DNA from: Octopus vulgaris
Lineage: Eukaryota
Length of the DNA: 64,000 nt
Assembly (NCBI GenBank): GCA_951406725.2
Contig: OX597822.1
Coordinates: 44,392,001 to 44,456,000 of the forward strand
Direction: 5' to 3'
Part shown: piece by piece, positions 1 to 12,494 of the stretch
Position numbering within the stretch: the stretch's first letter is position 1
How the letters are laid out: each line of letters starts with the position of its first letter
Program-made: the position numbers and the translations under genes
Notes under the pieces: model-generated
The model's database searches: none
Told to the model about the DNA's origin: nothing
The model's input: the letters and a program-made list of their open reading frames with translations, nothing else

Positions 1-15
1 TATACATACATACAT

Positions 16-998
16 AGCCGAAATTACTACGATGATCCGGTTCTTGACTGAAGACTGAGGGTTTCGAATGTCCTGTCCGTGTTTATTGTGTCGTCTTCTA
101 AGAGTTATACGTTCTTGTCCATGTTGTAATTTTCTACATACCTTAACATATATTCCAGGCGCCCCGTACCCCCCTTAACATTTATGTGAGCACATATTCT
201 TAATAATTGGTACGACTCTCTGTTTGTCTCTCTCTCTCTCTCATTTTTACTTGATCTGTCCCCCTCTCTCTCTTTTCTCTCTACTCATCCTCTTTTTCTC
301 TTCTCTTTCCTCTGATTCTTTGGTCTAGTCTTCCACTACCCTCCTATTTCTTTGTCTCGCTCTGCACTCACAGGTCATTCTTCGACACCCATCCCTTCTC
401 CTCTCTGATTCCTTCTTTCTCTCTCTTCTCTCTCTTTGTTGCGTTTGTCCCTCCTCTCTCTCTCTCCTCTCTCTTTCTCTTCCTTTGCTTCTCTTTCTTT
501 TCTTTTCCCTCTTCTCTGTCACGTGACTGTTGGCCGAAATCTGCCTTTCAGCTTCTGACCCTCGTCTTGTTAACATCGCTGTTTTCGTCCGCCACTATAA
601 AGGCTTTTTCCATTGCGCCAGAGAAAAAATTTGTTTGCTTGTTATCAGTCGTAAGACACTGTTGTTTTCACCGTTAATGCTTCTGTATTTCATGTTTCTG
701 TATTCCATTATTGTTTTTTGTTTTTTTATATCTGTCCCTTTTGCTGTCCTGGTGTTCGTATGCATTCGATCCTTCTTCCAGGAAATCTACGCTTCCAGCT
801 TAGTTTTTCTAATGCTCGTTGCTTGGTTTTTCTTGGAGGGCTGGCCGTGATCTAGTAATCTCAAGATTAATCAGCCGAAATTACTACGATGATCCGGTTC
901 TTGACTGAAGACTGAGGGTTTCGAATGTCCTGTCCGTGTTTATTGTGTCGTCTTCTAAGAGTTATACGTTCTTGTCCATGTTGTATTTTTCTACATAC
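16..998. mobile_element. Non-coding element bounded by ~125-bp direct repeats (Penelope pLTR-like or LTR-like)
   Basis: 16-141 is nearly identical to 873-998 (agccgaaattactacgatgatccgg...ttctacatac). The interior is CT-rich and non-coding, and both sides abut TA/TACA microsatellite. Confidence 0.6.
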
Positions 999-999
999 T

Positions 1000-1091
<92 letters not shown>

Positions 1092-1544
1092 CAAGCAATA
1101 AAGGGTTTAGCAACGAATTGCCTTACCACAGACCGAATTTAGAAATAGCAGTCAAAGAGTTATAGCTATTTCTTCTACTAAAAAGGGAGATCTCAGTAAA
1201 AAACACAGCAATTGGAAGGCAGACACAAACAGGTAAGAGAATGAATTGACGGCAATCTATCATACAATGTTAAGTTATCTACGGACGCACGTTTCGAAAT
1301 CAAGTTTTTAGGAACTCAAAGTGTGAATGAAAGGATTGTGTCACCAGCCCCTTCCCACCCGCGTGTAGCCAAAACAAGATGCTATGGTCATCTACTGAGA
1401 TAAGGGGCTGGTGACACAATCCTTTCATTCACACTTTGAGTTTGGTGATACTAGTTGCGGATTCTAGCTCGCTCTGATACTGAGTTGAGTTGGTGCCTTC
1501 TAGTATCTCAAAATTCAATATATAATCACTTATGATTATAGTAT

Positions 1545-1644
1545 TCTACGCTGAAGAGAAAAGAAGTTTGGGTAACGTAGAATTATTTAATATTTAATTC
1601 TCATGCTTTCCTAAAAACTTGATTTCGAAACGTGCGTCCGTAGA
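1545..1644 (+). ncRNA. Type I hammerhead ribozyme motif (minimal stem III, long stem II)
   Basis: tctacg-CTGAAGA-[g aaaagaagtttggg...cctaaaaacttgatttc]-GAAA-c gtgc g-TC^-cgtaga. Stem I is tctacg/cgtaga; GUC cleavage triplet at 1636-1638. Confidence 0.7.
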
Positions 1645-2140
1645 TAACTTAAAATTGTATGATAGATTGCCGTCAATTCATTCTCTCTTACCTGTTTGTG
1701 TCTGCCTTCCAATTGCTGTGTTTTTTACTGAGATCTCCCTTTTTAGTAGAAGAAATAGCTATAACTCTTTGACTGCTATTTCTAAATTCGGTCTGTGGTA
1801 AGGCAATTCGTTGCTAAACCCTTTATTGCTTAGTATTACTTAAATTTTCCTCGAATGAGGCTTTTACATGCCGAAGACTACTTGGTGTAATTGATAATTA
1901 TTCCAAATTAATTAATTTCACCCTTCATTATTACGGATAACCATATTTTATCTCAGTAGATGACCATAGCATCTTGTTTTGGCTACACGCGGGTGGGAAG
2001 GGGCTGGTGACACAATCCTTTCATTCACACTTTGAGTTTGGTGATACTAGTTGCGGATTCTAGCTCGCTCTGATACTGAGTTGAGTTGGTGCCTTCTAGT
2101 ATCTCAAAATTCAATATATAATCACTTATGATTATAGTAT

Positions 2141-2240
2141 TCTACGCTGAAGAGAAAAGAAGTTTGGGTAACGTAGAATTATTTAATATTTAATTCTCAT
2201 GCTTTCCTAAAAACTTGATTTCGAAACGTGCGTTCGTAGA
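2141..2240 (+). ncRNA. Type I hammerhead ribozyme motif, second copy (GUU triplet)
   Basis: Same as 1545-1644, offset by 596 nt, with gaaacgtgcgtt^cgtaga. Confidence 0.65.
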
Positions 2241-2445
2241 TAACTTAAAATTGTATGATAGATTGCCGTCAATTCATTCTCTCTTACCTGTTTGTGTCTG
2301 CCTTCCAATTGCTGTGTTTTTTACTGAGATCTCCCTTTTTAGTAGAAGAAATAGCTATAACTCTTTGACTGCTATTTCTAAATTCGGTCTGTGGTAAGGC
2401 AATTCGTTGCTAAACCCTTTATTGCTTAGTATTACTTATATATAT

Positions 2446-2476
<31 letters not shown>

Positions 2477-2603
2477 TACATATATACATATATATACATA
2501 TATATATATGTATACATTCATATATATGTATACATGTATATATATATATATATACATACATACATGCATACATATATATGAGTATGTGTGTGTGTATATA
2601 CAT

Positions 2604-2652
<49 letters not shown>

Positions 2653-3056
2653 TATATACATACGTATATATATATATACATATATATATATGTATACATT
2701 CATATATATATATGTATACATGTATATATATATATACATACATACATGCATACATATATATGAGTGTGTGTGTGTGTGTATACAGGCACGTGTATAAGTA
2801 GATGAACCGATAAAGAGATAAAAAATATATCGGCATAATACTGTTGAATACATTTGGGTATAAATTTTTCGAACATTATCTTATAGTTACGGAAAACATT
2901 CAGATAGTGGATTGCTTGTAAAATTTCAGGGTGAAATGTCACTACATGGCGAATAGTACCTAAAATGTATTAAGAGTCGATTATATTACAGTATTTATCA
3001 CTACCAACCAGTACTGATTACTCTGCTCTTATATATGTATGTGTATATATATATAC

Positions 3057-3151
<95 letters not shown>

Positions 3152-3179
3152 TATATATATATATATACATATATATATA

Positions 3180-4100
3180 CTAGCAGAAATACCCGGCGTT
3201 GCTCGGGTTAAAAAGTATAATGAAATTTAAAAACCTTGTCTTCCTTACGCGGATCTCAACAACTAATAGCTGAGATACCAACTTTTTATATTAATAACTC
3301 CGCAACCCATGCCAGCATGAAACATAGACGTTAAAAGAAGTGTTAAAAGAAAGTTTTCAACTCATATATGCATATAAAGTAAATACATGCAATTCAAAAA
3401 CACGTTTTATGTGGCTTATTTAGTAACCAAAAAACAGGTACAGATTGTAAACAATGAACGGCCGATTTTGGTGATTCATTTGACAGAGGTAGTAGAGCGC
3501 CAGTCTGGTGACAAATGTGACCTTGGATCTACATCTTGGCTCAGTTATATCTCTTGTGGATCCAAATGATGTCATATGTAGTGCAGCGTTGTATTGTCTA
3601 ATTTTGTTTTGGAAGTGCTTGGAATCTTGGTCAGTTGATGACAACAGTTTCTGCAATGGCTCCGGAGGTTGGGGGACTACAGGAAGATTAACCTTTCCAC
3701 CACAGCAGCACATTGCAGGTGTCTCTCCAGGTCACTTCATTGCTTTACAATGTTTGCACTCAGTTCTCATTGCACCAATGAAAACTCTAGTGTCATCTGC
3801 AAAATGAACTGCTGGATCATAATTGAAAAGTGCTTCGTAGAATCAGCTTCTCTGAACTGTTCCAATTGCTCTTCGTTCTACCGTGGAGATCATATTCCTT
3901 GTCAGCCGTGCATACCTCTGTTCATCACTTTGAGATGCTATGGCTTTTGTAGCGCACAGTCTGTTGGTTTCTTGGTATGCTTCCCTTTCTTCAGGTGTAT
4001 CTCTTTCCCTGGACAGAGACTTTCATTTGTTTGATCTTGACATTGTAGACAAATTTGACACATTCCTTCTAGGCATGGTTATATACGTATACAGAAATAC
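3180..4100 (-). mobile_element. Internally deleted Helitron (3' terminus plus degraded N-terminal RepHel coding region)
   Basis: The minus-strand 3' end is hairpin cccgagcaacgccggg followed by tatttctgCTAG at 3180-3183. The adjoining coding remnant is listed below. The 5' boundary is not resolved. Confidence 0.8.
3554..4076 (-). pseudogene. Helitron RepHel N-terminal region, pseudogenised
   Basis: One frame from ATG 4076 (MPRRNVSNLS...) with in-frame stops, through CKHCKAMK*PGETPAMCCCGGKVNLP...LQKLL...SKHFQNKIRQYNAALHMTSFG. This is the typical Helitron Zn-finger / CCxxGKV / F-x-x-x-IRxYN...MTSFG signature. Confidence 0.85.
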
Positions 4101-4467
4101 AAGGATGCAGAAGATAGTAATCAATGAAAATAACTAGGTAACGGAAATTATAATTCTTAATACGACAGGCAGAAAGTAAATAAGATATTTTTACGGAAAA
4201 TAAAGAAATCAAAGGGTTGAAGCGAAATTTGACAGTGAACCAAAGAGCCAGTATCGAAAGAACAAAAAAAAAGCAAAAACACGTTTACAACAGAAAAGCA
4301 CAAACCCGTTGCAAAAGTAAATAAGAAATTAACTAAGTGTATGGATTTAAGTGAAATTTTTGAGGTTACTTTTGTTAGCAAATCATGAATTTAATTTTAT
4401 CAATAATTCCGTCAACAACAAAAAGTTTTTTCTTCACTCGATTATTACTGTTTCTTAATTTTTATTG

Positions 4468-4504
<37 letters not shown>

Positions 4505-5107
4505 CGTTATTTGGCAATCTGTTTCAAGACACAATTTCCCATCAGGAATCTTGCAAGACAAATTGATGTACACACACACACAGAACGACATGCACACACA
4601 CACATATATATATATAGGATAAGCACCACCGACATGCTAGAAATAGACGCCAAATGACTCAAAAATCACACCTACACTCCGTTAGCACAGTTGTAAGCTG
4701 TAGATGAAAATATGATGGAGATTTTTGTTTTTAATTTGGTTAATTTTAAGTTGATTTCTGTCTTAGGGTTTTGCATAAATTAGATATTTGCTCCTGATCA
4801 AATTCCCTGCGATACTTTTTGGATAGTAAAAAGCGTGTGGTTGAGATGAAAAAATTTAGATTCAACTACTGTATACATGTAAATCTTTGCATATAATCGT
4901 GCGGGTATATATTGTTCATGTGGGTATATATAAATGTTTGCATTTACATGCTCTTCCCAAATCGTACTGATGAAGGTAGGGAGTTTTACAGAGCTATGTC
5001 AGAAATTGATTTACAATTAAACAACGTATTCATATTCATTTTTCATCTCCCGCTTACAACCTGTGCTAATGGAGTCTATTTCTAGCGTGTTTATTCGCAC
5101 TCTCTAA

Positions 5108-5900
5108 TCTCTATTTATAAAACTGAAAAAAAGTTTGTTTGTTTGTTTGTTTGACTCGACCGCTTGGATCGCTTTCAAGGCCACTACATCCCGTCCGATT
5201 GACTCCAAAATTTACAGGGACATGTAAAATGAGGTGACGATACCCGTGGGCTACGTTAGAAATCCCTATCTTAAAAGGTGTCGTTGCTAGGGCCAAAAAC
5301 CCACTTTGACAAGTCCACTCTCAGTCTTTTATGTATCTGTCTTCCTCACTCACTCTATTTCCCCCCTTCCCATCACTTTCTACATATAACGTCGATTCGT
5401 CAAGCGGCGTTCTACAGCGCTTTCACACACTCTCTCTCTCTCTCTCTCTCTCTACACGTCTGTCTGCATTCAAATATGTGATACCGTCTACTATCGGTCT
5501 TTCGCCAGCGATGTCACTCTCTCTCTCTATCTACGTCTGTCTCCATTCATATACAAAGTGTATATATCTGTATTTATGTATATTAAACTTTTTAATACTT
5601 TTTGATAGTTATATATATATATTTTTAAATTATACGCCTTCGACAGCGCTTTCACACACAATCTCTCGCTCTCTCTACGTCTGTCTGCATTCATAGAGAG
5701 AATAATCATCGCCACCACCACCACACAATCATGAGAACAAATATTATGAATCAGATATTTATTGGGTTCATTTATGTGTGTGTGTGTGTGTGTGTGTGTT
5801 CTATATATATAAATATGTATATATAATGTATATATACAAAGTGTATATATCTGTATTTATGTATATTGAACTTTTTAATACTTAAAATCATTAAAGTGGT
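5108..5900 (+). mobile_element. Non-autonomous Helitron-like 5' portion
   Basis: A|TCTCTATTTATAAAA start followed by (TTTG)n and ccgattgactccaaaattt, typical of non-autonomous Helitron 5' ends. Internal subrepeats (cagcgctttcacacac...; 5551-5600 similar to 5834-5883). No 3' end seen. Confidence 0.5.
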
Positions 5901-5926
5901 TTTATCCCCAAGTTTGTATCATATAT

Positions 5927-6367
5927 ATATATATGAAAAAACAAGTCAAAATAGAAAATGCTAAAATAATTTTATAAAGAACATTTCAGATACAGCAGGG
6001 ATCACCACCATCCCCTGCCGGAGCCTCGTGGAGCTTTTTAGGTGTTTTCGCTCAATAAACACTCACAACGCCCGGTCTGGGAATCGAAACCGCGATCCTA
6101 CGACCGCTAGTCCGCTGCCCTAACCACTGGGCCTAACCACTGGGCCACTGGAGGCGCAATGGCCCAGTGGTTAGGGCAGCGGACTCGCGGTCGTAGGATC
6201 GCGGTTTCGATTCCCAGACCGGGCGTTGTGAGTGTTTATTGAGCGAAAACACCTAAAAAGCTCCACGAGGCTCCGGCAGGGGATGGTGGTGATCCCTGCT
6301 GTATCTGAAATGTTCTTTATAAAATTATTTTAGCATTTTCTATTTTGACTTGTTTTTTCATATATAT
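5927..6367. repeat. Near-perfect 207-bp-arm inverted repeat containing two divergent tRNA-derived SINE heads
   Basis: 5927-6133 is the reverse complement of 6161-6367 (one mismatch seen). The 27-bp spacer contains a duplicated taaccactgggcc. Confidence 0.95.
6149..6303 (+). mobile_element. tRNA-Arg-derived SINE (family A) 5' part
   Basis: ggaggcgcaaTGGCCCAGTGGttagggcagcggacTCGcggtcgtaggatcgcGGTTTCGATTCCcagacc shows an A box, a TCG anticodon-like loop and a B box. Resembles octopus OR-type SINEs. Confidence 0.85.
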
Positions 6368-6394
6368 CAACTCGTGTGTTCCTTTTCACCCTTA

Positions 6395-6435
<41 letters not shown>

Positions 6436-6501
6436 CTTGTGTGTGCACAGAGAGAGAGAGAGAGAGAGAGAAAGAGATAGATAGATAGATAGTCTAGATA
6501 A

Positions 6502-6534
<33 letters not shown>

Positions 6535-6543
6535 GAGATAGAG

Positions 6544-6612
<69 letters not shown>

Positions 6613-7466
6613 TGCATCGTAAATTTTGGCTCAAGGAAATGACCAAGTAACATACGGAAACAGGAAAACACGATCTACCCCTATCGGTTGACGGCCGAAA
6701 TTCTTTACGATTTCGACAGCCGTTCGATAATATTGCACAGTTTGGTGGTGTTCAAAGTAAAACGCTGGTGGGGTATAATTGTACAAACCTTCAAAATAAA
6801 ACATGTATAAAAAAATTACATGAGTGTGTGGCAGGGGAAGAGAGACTAGAGAGAGAGAGTGAGAAAAAGGGTAATCCTAGATGAGCGTAAAATGCGAAAC
6901 TCGTAGCAAATTGTGCAAACAACATGATATAGTTAGTAGATTCTGTTGCAGTATTCAGGATTTTCAGTATACAACTTCTTATTTGGAATTCTCAGTTCAC
7001 ATGCTCGCACGCGCGCACTGACACACACACACACTAACACACACACACACACATCACACACACACACACAAACACATATACGCTGAAAAATACAAAAACA
7101 ATTGCAAACACGCTCACACATATCTGTTCCCTTGGGTGAAGGTATATGAATATATTATTATAATACTTTTAATGTTATCATCACCATCATCACGATTGTC
7201 ATTATTAATATTAATAAAAATAACATTAATAGCGACAACAACTACAACTAAAATAATAACGTGATATCTGAAGTTATTTTGAAGCCTGGCATCAATGGAA
7301 CAGAATGCAGGCTTGAAAGCCATAGCAATACGCATTTAATAAAAGAGAGTTTTAATATTGTTCTTTTATCCAACACGTACACACACATACACACATGTAT
7401 ATATATATATATGTAAGTATCGATATACATGTATATATATATGTATGTATCGATATACTTACGTAT

Positions 7467-7520
<54 letters not shown>

Positions 7521-7867
7521 ATGCATATATATAACTTACATTCGCACTTACATATATATTTATTTATGTATAATTGTGTTTAGATGTTGGTAGGTATATC
7601 CATATGATTAATCAAATATCTGAATCTACACACATCTAAAACAAGTTATTCAGCACAATTTTTTTATTGTAAAACATATACACACTTTGGCTAGGTGTTC
7701 TTGCGTTGTGGGTGTACATTATATTGCACTACATGACACTTCACATCTATCAGTGTATCCCCCGCCTCTCTCTTCCTTTTTCTCTCTCTGTATATATGTA
7801 TATATAAGTTTATATATATATATATATATATATACATATCTATCTATCTATCTATCTCTATATATAC

Positions 7868-7926
<59 letters not shown>

Positions 7927-8005
7927 TACATATATACATATATACATATATAGACTAATGTATATGTCTGTACATATATATCTATCTACCCATCTATCTA
8001 TCTAC

Positions 8006-8054
<49 letters not shown>

Positions 8055-8655
8055 CATATATATATGCATGTATTGACTTAGTTTGTACACACTCAGGCAC
8101 ACTGATATATATATATATATATATGTAGTTACATATATATATATATATGTATGTAAGTAGTGTGTGTCTGTGTGTTTTTATATTATATGTATGTGCATGT
8201 GTGCGTTCGTGTGTTTCATGTCTGTTATTATGAATTAATATAAACATCTCACAACAATATATTCTCTTCATATGCAGGATATGTACATTGCCTATATACT
8301 TTATATTCACCTGCCATTATTAATGCCACTGACATTCACTTGTTGAACTTTGGAAGCCATTAATTCTTATTGTTTACTACTACTACTACTACAAATTTGT
8401 TTGCTGGAATGTTTAATAGTTTTTCACAGCTGTTTATATAATCTTTTAGTCAAACCTCCTCGCGCCTCTTGCATACTAATCAAGTTAAATTGCTGTTAGC
8501 AGATTCATTATTAAACGCACCAACGCTATTCCTACCTTCGTGCTCGGCAAATAATATTTCCTCCCGTACAAGGAGGCTGCTTTAGTACCGATGCTTGTGG
8601 AGGGATCGAGATCGATGACAGCAGTTGTTTTTAGGCATCATATTTGAGGTGCTAT

Positions 8656-9230
8656 GGAGGCGCGTGGCTTAGTGGTTAGTGTTTCAGCATCATGTTTGTA
8701 AGATTGTGGTTTCGATTCCTGGACCGGGCGACGCGTTGTGATCTTGAGCAAAACACTTCATTTCACGTTGTTCCAATCCACTCAGCTGGCAAAAATGAGT
8801 AACGTTGCGATGGACTGGCGTCCCGTCCAGCTGGGGTACACATACGCCATTGAAACCGCGAAACCGGGCACATGAGCCTGGCTAAACTTTAAAAGGGCGC
8901 AGTGGAGGCGCAATGGCCCGGTGGTTAAGGCAGCGGACTCGCGGTGGGAGAATCGCGGTTTCGATTCCCAGACCGGGCGTTGTGTGTGTTCATTGGGTGA
9001 ACGCACCTAAAGCTCCACGAGGCTCCGGCAGGGGGTGGTGGCGACCCCCGTTGTACTTTTTCGCCCCAACTTTCTCTCACTTTCTCTCTTCTTGTTTCTT
9101 GAGTAACGCTGCGATGGACTGGCGTCCCGTCCAGCTGGTGGGGTGGAGGGAACACATACGCCACAGAAGCCGGGAATCCGGTCCCATGAGCCTGACTAGG
9201 CTTGAAAAGGGCGCATAAATAAAAAAAAAA
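8656..9230 (+). mobile_element. Head-to-tail pair of tRNA-derived SINEs (8656-8901 and 8904-9230) sharing a 3' tail
   Basis: Two pol III A/B-box heads. The first has the CORE-like gtgatcttgagcaaaacacttcattt. Both end in gcgatggactggcgtcccgtccagctgg...catgagcctg...aaaagggcgca, then an A-rich tail. Confidence 0.85.
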
Positions 9231-10157
9231 ATTAAAATTTGAGCTGCTATATAAGCCTCTATAGGCGCACCCGAGCGATACTTTTGCATCTGCTAATATA
9301 AGCCTGCATAAGGAGTGGGGCGGCATGCTTAAAGACTGTTCCGAATGGTACACATTCTAGCAGCGACACGGGGAATGTCGGCGGGAGTTTTTAGAGTGCA
9401 GGACGGAATGCTTTACAGCACCCTCATTTTATAATCTCTGTTCAATTACCGCCGAGTAGCCCGTGGCAACGTTTAATGATACAATCACAGTAACAATTCG
9501 TACCACCTGGTATTCTGTAAGCGTCTTTAGGTTGATCTAATCAGAATAGATAAACCTTGAAAGGCTTTGGTCTAATTTGGGATAGAATGCTCCATTCGCT
9601 TAATGTAGATTATCTAATTTACCCACTAAATCCCACATTTTTTCATCCATATATTTTGGCTTTGCCAGGTGTCTTAGGAGTCAAAATAATATATAATATT
9701 TAGATTTTCTTCATATGTGAATTATTTTGGAAATTATAATAAATTATTTGAAAAGTTCCAAATGGGGATCCATGAAAAAAGTATATTTATCCTTTTCTAT
9801 TCAATTGCAATAATAAATATTTTAGTGTTTTCTTTTTTTTTTTTTTTTGAAACTATACTATCAAATGCGAATGTGTATGGAATATCAATGAATGATATAG
9901 ATGGGAAATGCAAAACAAAAAAAAACCTTTTCACAACAGTGGGTATTTTAGTAGTTCAAAAACTGCGATGTATGACATAAAATGTCCTCTAGAATTAACC
10001 AGAGCTAATAATGACAAACTTTAACTACTAAATATTGTGAAATACACCTCTGCAAATGCATTATACATAAGCAATTCGCTTTAAATAGAACGAACAACCG
10101 GCAATGAGACTGTTTTTAGTAGATCTCCAAATGAGCCTCATGGAAGGCAATGAGCTA

Positions 10158-10742
10158 AGGCGGCGAGCTGGCAGAAACGTTAGCACGCCGAGCGAAATGC
10201 TTTGCGGTATTTCGTCTGCAGCTACGTACTGAGTTCAAATTCCGCCGAGGTCGACTTTGCCTTTCATCCTTTAGGGGCCGATTCAATAAGTACCAGTTAC
10301 GCACTGGGGTCGATATAATCGACTTAATCCGTTTGTTTGTCCTTGTTTGTCCCTTCTGTGTTTAGCCCCTTGCGTACAGTAAAGAAATAGGTATTTCGTC
10401 TTCCGCTACGTTCTGAGTTCAAATTCCGCCAAGGTCAACTTTGCCTTTCATCCTTTCGTGGTCGATTAAATAAGTACCAGTTACGCACTGGGGTTGATAT
10501 AATCGACTTAACCCGTTTGTCTGTCCTTTTTTGTCCTTGCTGTGTTTAGCCCCTTCTGAGTAGTAAAGAAATAGGTATTTCGTCTGTCTTTATGTTCTTA
10601 GTTCAAATTCCGCTGAGGTCGACTTTGCCTTTCATCTTTTCGGGGTCAATAAATTAAGTACCAGTTGCGTACTGGGGTCGATCTAATCGACTTACCTCCT
10701 CCCACAAAAACTTCGGGCTTTGTGCCTAGAGTAGAAAAGGAT
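10158..10742 (+). mobile_element. SINE family B with internally triplicated ~184-bp body
   Basis: Head aggcggcgagctggcagaaacgttagcacgcc. The unit ggtatttcgtc...gagttcaaattccgccgaggtcgactttgcctttcatcctttcggggtcg...aagtaccag starts at ~10206, ~10390 and ~10573. Confidence 0.85.
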
Positions 10743-12186
10743 ATATATTTATATACACACACACGGTTATATGCATACATACACATGTGAGCATATGTAT
10801 ACACATACGCATGCACACAAGAAATATACATGCATTCATACATACGTACATGCATGCGTATTGGTATATACGTAGAAGATACGCAGGCGTATGCAGAGAA
10901 AATATACAACTTACATATATAAACACACAAACACATACAGTCAATTACATAAATACATATATACATACAATCACACACACACACAGATGTAAACATATGT
11001 ATACCGTTAGAATCGCATACATGAATACGTATATATACACATATATAGACTGTTGAAGAAATACATAATTGAGTTTCACTTGACATTTGAAAATGAAAAC
11101 TTACCAGGATAGTTATCTCGTATGTACTACTGCTGATGCTACTACTGCTGCTACTGCTACTACCCCACTCCTGTCACTACTGCTATTACTACTACTACTA
11201 CTACTACTGCTACAATTATTTATACCACAATTATTTATACCACTACCCACTACAACAACACCACAACCACTACCACCACAATCACCGATCAACCCCCCCC
11301 ACCACCACCACCATCATACATACGTGCTATCCTTGCTACATTCACCCATCTTTTTTTAAAACATTCACTAGACAAAAATTATCTCCCTACTCTCACTTTC
11401 CTTTTCAAGTGATACTTGAAGAAGTTGATGAGAGATTAACCAGAGACGAAAGTGTTTGTCTCTAATCCTTTCAGATGCGTCCATCGATGCATATATAGAT
11501 AGATTGTTAGATTGAGAGACACAGAGACAGACATATAATATACACACTTAAAGCATAAAAATATATACACACACATAGGTATAGAAATATACAAAAGAAA
11601 ATGAGAATGGAAATTGTTTATTTATAATTTTACAAGTGTAACATAATTACTTATAATTGATCTTACGTAACTCAATGTCAACCGTCATTCCATCAGAATA
11701 CATTCTTCAGAAATGCAGAGAAGAATTTTTGTTGAGTATTGTAAATTTCCAGGAATTTAAAATGTATGTACCGGATATGTTGATAATAAATGGTCTGGTT
11801 TGAATTCAAAGAAGGTGTCACAAGAAAAGATGTTACAAAATAGAATATGTTAAACGCAGTCAAAGATCAATAAAACCGAACAGGGATGAAAGAGAAGCAA
11901 AAATGACATTAGCAGGAGTTGTAAATTATAAGAGATAAAAGATGATAAATATTTAAATATTAAAACAAAAGATAAAAGGCAAAAACGGATAAGTTCCTAG
12001 TCAAGCGTCTGTGCATATATTTATATACACTCACACGCATTCGGAAGATTTTGAAGTCTGTACCAGTAATCTTATCGTGAATAAAGTACAGCACACTTGC
12101 ACACTTGTATTAGGTCTTTCTAAGAAATTATGCTGGTTGTTTTATTGTTTTTGTTTGTGAATATCTTCACATTAATAAATACATAC

Positions 12187-12226
<40 letters not shown>

Positions 12227-12349
12227 ATGTGTGTGTGTGCGTGTGTGTATACATATAATGATATAGATATATAAATGTCTATATTTTTATATAAAAATAT
12301 AAAAGAACGATGCTATTTCTAAATGTGGCCGTGAGCCACTATACTATAC

Positions 12350-12398
<49 letters not shown>

Positions 12399-12440
12399 AT
12401 GTACGTCTACACTCACAAACACACATGCACACACACATGA

Positions 12441-12494
<54 letters not shown>

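Larger units (their letters stand above)
1093..2438 (+). mobile_element. Non-autonomous Penelope-like/retrozyme-like element: inverted partial copy followed by tandem direct repeats with a 596-nt period
   Basis: 1402-1842 matches 1998-2438. 1093-1314 is the reverse complement of ~1607-1830, and ~1313-1403 is the reverse complement of ~1948-2038. Flanked by (TA)n on both sides; each direct repeat carries an HHR motif. Confidence 0.75.

Noticed and set aside
1619-2397. Duplicated 60-aa ORF MISKRA...
   Set aside because: It starts at TTG, has no recognisable domain, overlaps the HHR and simply reflects the direct repeat.
6149-6225. tRNA-Arg(TCG)-like sequence (also 8904, 36890-36961, 43760)
   Set aside because: The acceptor stem does not pair and each copy continues into a SINE body, so these are SINE heads rather than tRNA genes.
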